Position numbers and translations under genes: made by a program
From: Balanoglossus misakiensis
Lineage: Eukaryota > Animalia > Hemichordata
Assembly: GCA_040954595.2 (NCBI GenBank)
Contig: CM082594.2
Coordinates: 9,986,296 to 10,050,295, forward strand
DNA: 64,000 bases
Direction: 5' to 3'
Notes under the pieces: generated by a model
Databases searched by the model: none
What the model was told of the DNA's origin: nothing
The model's input: the letters and a program-made list of their open reading frames with translations, nothing else
Part shown: piece after piece, positions 55,887-64,000 of the stretch
Layout: every line of letters begins with the position of its first letter
How positions within the stretch are numbered: position 1 is the first letter of the stretch

Positions 55887-58396
55887 TTTGTCCAAATTGC
55901 GGTCAGCTCAAATTACCTGCAGTGGAATATCAACCAGCTAGGTTCTGGATGTTTCGAGACCAGCAACAGGGTTCCTTGATTATGTGGAAATTTGCATAAA
56001 TTTGAATGCCTGGATACAATTTGCTGGCATTGTGACTGTTATAGGGAAAGTGGTTGTAGGCGTCCAACACCAATTGTGACCTACAGTTTATGGAGCATGC
56101 AAATGAGTCATAAATAATGAATACAAATACATACCCAATTTACATATTTTCCTAATAATATTAGACCAGCATAGATTCTGTGCCGCGGCTATCAATCAAC
56201 TAATGTTCATTTTCAAGGAAAGATTAAAAAAAAATTCACATGACCAGAAATATTAACACGGTCGGAGTAACACACCTGCCCTGTTTGATGATGCAGTAAC
56301 AAAACTCATCAACTGAAGCGTTTTAAACAAACTATTTCCTAACTGATTCACTTTCATACAATGGTAGGCATACGGCATGTTCTAGTCAACACAAACCCTG
56401 ATGAATTTTCCAGGTGTCGAAAACCAACACAACTAATACATTACACTGTCTAATAGTCATGGTCCTTTGGACATCATTTATCGCTTTACATGCATGAATG
56501 ACATTTTTCCTCAAGGCAAAAAATGTCATCAAAGGGATGACTCTCTGGATTATTGAGATCAATAAAATTTTAGGTTTAGAAACCAATGATTCAATTAAGA
56601 AAATGTTTCCTACATCATACAACTGGCAGCTATAGTATAAATGTATTGCCATTTTATTTCCAAAGCACCCAATATCAATTTTAATACCTTCTTCATTATT
56701 AATCAAAGATGGATTGAAATTTTCTACAAGTTGTCCTCATTTTTCATAACATACATATATTGCCAACTCTTTGAAATTGGTAAAACTGAAAAATATATCT
56801 AATGACACTCCCATGTACATGAATAGAAGTACATCAGAGCAATCACTTTCACTAAACAGTGTTCAGTGTACCATTAAATGAAAAACTAATATATCTAAAA
56901 GTTTTCTCACATCTAATGCTACTTATCAATCTCTCCTCACACCGCAGATATTACAGCAAACAGTCAATATTTGAGTGGTTGGTCCAAATCTCTACAGGAA
57001 GCCAAGATAATCTGGAACTTCATAAAACACTTCCAGTCACTCTGAGTCATTCTGATTGCATAAGACACTCACCGATATCAATTGCATAATATGATATTTT
57101 CTGAAGAAAACAGAAAGCATCTCATTCAAAACTGAAAATATTGATTATCCAAAAGTCATAATGATTACTAATTGTACGCCATTGTTGTTTATAATGCTCT
57201 CATCAATTCACTTTACTTATCTTCACAAATGTATTGTAGCACTCATTAGTCATTAGCTCATAATGTGTTGTTTATTTGTTTTCACATGTTACTGTTTTCC
57301 AACAATGATACTAATTAATAGGACATTGTCCCCTTTTACCAACATTTAAACATGCAGTGATTCGGATAATCATTGGTATTAGAAGATGCTGGCCTATTTC
57401 ATCATTTTTCACCATTTCATCAACAGGAATGCTTTTAGCAATGCTCAGTGAAATTGTGCCATATTTGTTCTAGATTTTAAAAAACCTTCAACATATTCAA
57501 ACATTAGCCACATCACTGATCTGGCAACGTGATCAAATGAAACTCCATAAAATGTCCTTTCCAGTAAAACCTTCAACCACCATCCATAAAATGTTCAAGA
57601 AAACATCCTTCAACTGTCCTTACATAAAAACACACTGTGCATAAAGTTGCTTCATAAATTTCTATTTGTGTACAAGGCTTCTGACTGCTACCGCAAACCA
57701 TGGCATACTTGTAAGCTCTCTGACCGAACCAAAAATAACATCTTAATGAACTTTGGGTGCAATTAATAGGGCTGACTCCTGCACAGTTTGAACTCTGTAG
57801 GATTTTCAAGGTTACATTTTGATACACATATTTTCATATTACATTAAACACAGTGATATGTGTATAATGAGTGGAATTTGAAATGGTAGAGTGCTACTGA
57901 CCACATGTGGTGTTACTGCTCTGCTTCTGTTGGCCACAGAACGCAAACATGTGACACTCGCGTACCCAAATGTACAGTGTATATATAATATACAAACTAT
58001 TCACTATAGAAGCAGAGGTTAAATAAAATACACTTAATCTTTCATAAGGAAAGCTTAACAGTAAATCCGACTTTTCAATCACAAGTTTACAAAAATGTAC
58101 ATCCCTTTTTAATTGAATAATTCATAAGTCAACTATGTATTGTACTTCACATTTTCAATCTGAGAAAAGTAGACGCACGGTTGTCAGATGTTTGCTGTGT
58201 TATCACGAGGAATTAATTCTATAGACGAGCACTGACAAAGGCTGTATACAATGTAGAATACATGGCGGTACAACACAGAGAACTGCAATAGACCTGAAGG
58301 AGGCAGTGGGATCAACAACGCAGGATAGTCGTGCTTGAATCACCATTCTAGTCGTTTCTCTCTGTGGCCATGACAATCAAGGCACAATGTACTTAC

Positions 58397-58464
58397 TTGT
58401 GTTTCCTCTTGAAGAGCAATTCTCTCATCTTCATCATCTTGTTGCCGTGTCGGTCCACTTTCAT
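58397..58464 (-). CDS. Candidate alternative APC first coding exon (MKVDRHGNKMMKMRELLFKRKH)
   Basis: 68-nt ATG-initiated frame ending AA|gtaagt, in frame with APC via acceptor 41455. There is an in-frame stop upstream of the ATG. Confidence 0.5.
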
Positions 58465-58779
58465 CAATATACAGTGATTTCGTCAAGTGCTCTCCCAAGT
58501 AGTTTTTTTAAAAAGTGTGTAATATTGGCAAGATTCAAAGGCACATCGTCCGAGTCAATCAACTTATGGTAGTTAACTAAACACAGTCAAAATCACAGTT
58601 TCGCCATCACATAATGTTTCTGGAGTCATAGTAGAGCAAAGCAGCAAGCATAGTAATAGCACACAGAGAATACTGCACTCGGGGTATCTTAGTCATCACA
58701 ATTCACACCATCCAGTGACTACGGTGTTTCCACGTATGAATCACAGTACACAAAGTAGACAGTTCATAATGACATCTGA

Positions 58780-59150
58780 CGTATCCTCCTATTCGGGATG
58801 ACAACTTTCGGCGCGGACACATCCAAAAACCAAAAAAACCAAAGCAACACCTGAGTTTGAGAACGGCTGTCAGTTCCCAAACACTTCAAATAAAATACCG
58901 CGTCTGAAAACCCCGGCTAACTCAATTACAGGGGCTGCTCTTTCCTGGCAGGGTATCTTTGCATTGAAATCAAAGCGAGAACAGAAAAGCCAATCGAACC
59001 TCTTTTCAATCTTGCTCCCCCCTCAAGTGATAAAACACAGTAGATTTACCTATGAATAAGACGTGGTGTCTTATTGCAACTAGGGCACTCGCTCATTTGT
59101 TTCGGCCATCCTGATTGGCTGGCTGACTGGGGGCCCTCAAACTGGCAGCT
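58780..59150 (-). promoter_or_regulatory. Candidate APC promoter
   Basis: Local CpG cluster (cggcgcgg, ccgcg, ccccgg) and CCAAT boxes (gccaatcg near 58990; ctgattggct 59111-59120) just upstream of the 58464 candidate exon. Confidence 0.3.
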
Positions 59151-62100
59151 GAGAAAAGTGTTTCGATCTCCACGTTGAGAATAGCCTCTTCTAAAGGAGG
59201 CACTTGCCTGATATTAATAGCTTTGCCAATGGGGAATTTCTAGAGTGCCAGAATATTCACAATGCTTCACTGGATTGGGTATTATAACACTACAGCTCAT
59301 TAAGCGTGGCGAGCAATAACTTTGAATATTCAAATCAGAGGATGTTGTTGCCATAGCAATTGCCATAGTCCAATTTCCAACACAGGTGGCAGTGTTCGTA
59401 TCTGCTGCTCGCGGTCTTTCTGCTGTGCACCATGCTGAACTACTACCCACATAGTTTGCCATGTATGTGTCATTGGAAAGAAGAAAAGGGGCACATTAGC
59501 CTTCCAACTATGGAGTGATAATCCATGTAGTTCATAATAAAATTTCTTTGTTGCATATTTATGGCGACATAAACCTTGCCAGTTTTTGAGTTCTAGCAGC
59601 TGTTTGCAAGGACGATAGCCTTCCTGATCACACATTACATGTATGACTATTTTAAAAATTGCATGCCTCATTCGTAAGTTTCACTGAAATGGTGCCACTC
59701 TCTTTTGAATTTAGTATGTAGTGACAATCGTGTAAAATCAGTGAAACAAAACATTGCTACTTGTATGTAAGACGAGAGTGCTGCAATACTTGCCACTGAT
59801 GGCGCTATGTACAGTAACTGCTATGTCACTGTCAGTGAGCAAGCATACTTAAATGTGCACCAACCATTTCAATTTCAGTCAGGGTGTTTGCTCTTCAGAA
59901 GTCAAACATAGACCAGCTATCAAATATTAATAATGCCATTTATGAACACAATAGTGCTATATTTGAGTAACGAGTGCTTCAAACTAAACATCCCAATCAC
60001 AGTCAAATGAAATTTTCTTCAAGATCACATTTCCAGCAAAAAAAATAAGATCAGTACAGTATGTATATTTCATTATCCTCAATACTAGTATTTTCCCTAA
60101 ATTAATACACCAAACCACTGTGTGTACTGCCACAATCACAGCAAAGTCCTTTTTGGCCAAATGTGGAAATCAGTGTTTAAAGGCAAGTGCCAATTAGCAC
60201 AGCCATAATGTAACTAATAGTGTGACGATAATAGGATTGATTTGGCTGTCTGGTCTTTTCAGTCAGATGCTTGGCAATAATGGCTAACAAGCTAATTCAG
60301 CAAGCTTGATCTATTCATTGCATCGAGAACAAAAGAATCATTGGAGACACAGATTGTTGATGACACTTTGACAGCAAAGAGCACAAGAGAGACATGAGGT
60401 GAAACCAGGCAAGCTCTAATGCCCTGATCCCATTTGCAAGGAAAACCAACAACCCACCACACAAATTTTTGTGACTAATACAACGAAAAGCATAAAAATA
60501 TATTACAACGGTCAACCTCCATAAAATTCAGACCTGAAAAATATCAACGCTTCATAAAATTTTCCTCATTCATTCATGTTTGCGTACATTTTACAAGCCT
60601 CCAGAGAATACAAGGAATTGTACATTCGACTGACTGTACCAAATGAGCCATTTCAGTTGTAATAGCTGAATATCTACATGTAGTCGCACACGCCCTTGTC
60701 TATTGTATTGAAATTGCAGTTCCCAGTGAAAGCACTGGTCTGTCTGCTTCTGAACTGCCAATCATTACTGCCAATCCTTTTATTATGAACGAGTACCTGG
60801 TTTAGACTGGTTCTGCACTATGGTAAAATGCACCATCCACAACAACCATGATGAAAGCAATAATACAGAACCACTCACCCAATGCTGCAGTTCAATTCAG
60901 AATGGCACCATATTGCATAATTCAATTCAATGGCTTTCGCTACTCCTGCGATCACAAACCTCAACTTAGTCTGTGTAACTACAATTTCCATTACAAAATC
61001 AGACACAGCTGAATGCTTTTATGCTGATTCTGCCGCCAATCATCGGTAGCTGCATTAAAAGCACACATTAAAATTCACTGGATACACAGAATGGATGAAA
61101 ATGCCATTACTGTGGTATCAGGGATAATATCAATACAGCTACTCTGGTGATAAATTGTATGTAAATCGTGCATATTTCATAAATGTCAACCTCTGGTTTT
61201 TCTGTAACACTCACAATTCACAATTATGCAACCCTAGGTCTGGCCACACCATTACTGACAACAGCGCTAAACAAAAGTGCGGTTTGAATGATTCCTGTGC
61301 GGTCACTAGGGTCACTGAAATAATGACAACACGATCCTTGACAGAGATCTCCCTTGAGGAACCCCGGGATTTGGAGTTTCACTCAAGTCATCTGAGAGCC
61401 GGTATAGTGTAATCCCTATTAGCTTTATGGAGAACTTATACATGTAGGTTACATAAACAGCAACAAAAATGTGTAATCAGAAACCGGTACACCAATGTAA
61501 TATACATGTAAACGTATGTTTTATTTTTATTCTTGAAGTATACCTGAAACCCCAGTAGACACAGAACAGAAATAAAAATTCAGTAATTATTGTAAGGCAA
61601 TATGATGAAACTGTATCACTATTTTCAGTTTTTCAGCAGTAGTCTTACACATTGCACTCCACGATGATGTGACTGCATATGCAAATCAAGACAATTTATG
61701 AAGCCATTTTTGTATTCTATCCAGACTCAGACAATGTACACAGCATATAGATAACGCAAGAGAGCCAGGACACAGACACACTTGGGGCACATATCATGCG
61801 AGGTATACGGCTATAGGTTAAAAGGGTATCGCTTAAACACTCTATGCAGGTTACCTATTAAAGCTTGACCTTCGGTATGTGTGGACTGAACCAATTATAA
61901 TTGGGTTGGCTCAAAATATTATCAAATTTTTGGATCATTTGCCATTTTTTTCGGGAAATTCCACTGTAAATTTCTATATACCTTGCAGCAATGTATGATG
62001 GTCAAACATGATTACAGACAAGGACCAAATAAACAGATCTGATGGGACATGGAATTCTGGGTAAAAATCAAGCAGAAGGCAATCTGGTTTGATCATAGCT

Positions 62101-64000
62101 GTACATGCAGCAGATGAATGATACACCTCGCCATAATTCAGAACTGAATTGAACTGATGTGAGCCCTAACTGGCATTAGCACTTACATCACCATCAATTT
62201 ATCATTATTGTGAATTATCACACATGCCACAGCAATGTTACAGCGGTATAAATCCGCCATGATTAATCTTAGTTTACAATTGGTGAAGCCGGCTTGGAAA
62301 AGCTAAGCTTGGGAGAATCATTCCATCCACATCATTCTCCTCCCATCTCACTTCTCAATCTTCTGACTCATCAATTTACATAATCAACCAATTTGTATTC
62401 AACTCTGCTTTCACATCAATTTATATCCCTGAAATGTACATGATGCATAACACCTCTTACCTAAAGATACCGTTCTTTCCATCGCTGGTAAATTTTTCTA
62501 AAAATCTATAGCCATGACCCAGATCACCTCTTTCTCTCTGCATGAAAGTTCAAACTATTTACTGCCAGAATCACTACCTTCTCAAAGACGCTTCGTAATC
62601 AACCCAGTCTGTCTGGAACGTCTCATGAATTTTTCATGCTTACAAGTCAATCAACCCTGATTCACTGCTCCTGCAACAGACGTATGGATCCATATTATAT
62701 CACCTCTACACTGTACATGTACATGCATCACTATATACTAAAATTCGAGACAGCTGGCTGTATCCACAGGATTTTATGGACACACTTGACATACAATAAA
62801 CAGTTCAGTATTGACCGGCATTCCTCAAGAATCTATAGCCACATTCACAATGTACTGTTAGGTTTTTTTACTATCTGCAATGTGATAAGAATTTGAAGCT
62901 AATTCCCTAAATATAAACTCTGGTATCTTATCATAGACAGACAAATGCTTTTCTAATGGGTGCAAAATGGCAATTTGAAAATTGCATAATGTCTGCCTAT
63001 AACAGGGAACAAATATTTTTACATGTACACTGATTAAATTTTGGCACAATCTGATTAAGATGTTGAATAATTTTATGAAGATTTAATTTAGTCACAATTT
63101 TCACTCCATATTTTTTTCTTTAAAATGATCAGATGTGAGACTGTCTCTTAACTGTACTTGAAAGGAATGATAATCATTAAGCATTTAGTCAAACAAGTTT
63201 GTTTGCAATTGGACGATGTGATGTCTGCTCAAGGAGAGAGGGGTGTTTTTTTGTAGACTGGATTTATATTTTTGAATAGAGAATGTTTCAAAATCTGAGT
63301 TTCCCTAAATGAGAACAGTTACCAGTTTGGCAAGTGGGTTACAACCGTGTGGTGTTATCATTCAGTTTAATGCCTGTAGACCGGTTATGGCCTAACACCG
63401 GAAACACTTCACTTAAATGTCACCATGAATTATACCTAAAGCAATACTACATGTACTGACTCCTACTGTGATTGGTGGAATAAATTTACAGGTTTCCAAA
63501 GTACATGTATGAACAGCTGTGAATATGAACAGGAATGTAAAATATTTTGAAAAGGATAGTTATTACTTTTTATGATACAAAAATTTAAATTATATAAATT
63601 GCAGAAGTGAAATAAATCTAAATATATACAAATGTAACTTTGAAATGTATCACATCAACAGCAAATTTTTCGATACTGCCAAAGGTGTCCTATAATGATA
63701 GTAGACTGATCACAGATTTCACTGTATTTAAATATTCAATTAAGATTCCAAACTTGATTTGATAGATAGTAGTACATCAGTACATCAACAGTGATCTGCA
63801 TATTCATTACAATCTGAACCAACAAATATGCATGAATCATCAATAAAATTGGACAACTGGGTCTTTTTTACTAGTTACCATGACAACCGTCTCCCTGGTT
63901 AAGTGGATAAAGTTACCAGTACCTAGACTTAATAAAATTCCAGATGTTGCACCTGTTATAACCTTTATTCAATTTGATTACTTGCTTTGCAAAACGCACA

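Noticed and set aside
11670-63520. Frequent TACATGTA/ACATGT palindromes
   Set aside because: They are scattered through all non-coding DNA with no evident spacing or clustering, so they look like genome-wide compositional bias. This was not quantified.
41456-64000. Short ORFs, autonomous transposons or RNA genes in the upstream region
   Set aside because: No transposase or reverse-transcriptase motifs and no tRNA/rRNA-like sequence were recognised; ORF lengths and composition look random. Small non-autonomous repeats cannot be excluded without a library.

Overview
Eukaryotic, intron-containing animal DNA. The proteins suggest an invertebrate deuterostome such as a hemichordate or echinoderm (inference). 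The window opens with about 6.1 kb of a homogeneous 87-bp satellite, which ends about 290 bp before a type-B carboxylesterase gene (+, 7 exons). The 3' end of that gene sits in an apparently exact 867-bp tandem duplication. Next come a divergent VPS4-like AAA ATPase (+, 10 exons including a 13-nt microexon), SRP19 (-), an unrecognised 11-exon coiled-coil gene head-to-head with SRP19 (+), and a full-length APC gene (-, 11 coding exons, 6.8-kb terminal exon, about 3285 aa). The last ~22 kb is mostly non-coding, probably APC 5' introns, and contains candidate alternative first exons that splice in frame to APC. I found no CRISPR array, RNA gene or autonomous transposon, and no clear new multi-gene system. 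The best leads are the orphan gene, the APC-SRP19 microsynteny, the extra APC 20-aa repeat and candidate N-terminal extensions, and the satellite-gene junction. Exon models were built by eye from GT/AG signals and frame continuity, with no transcript evidence.
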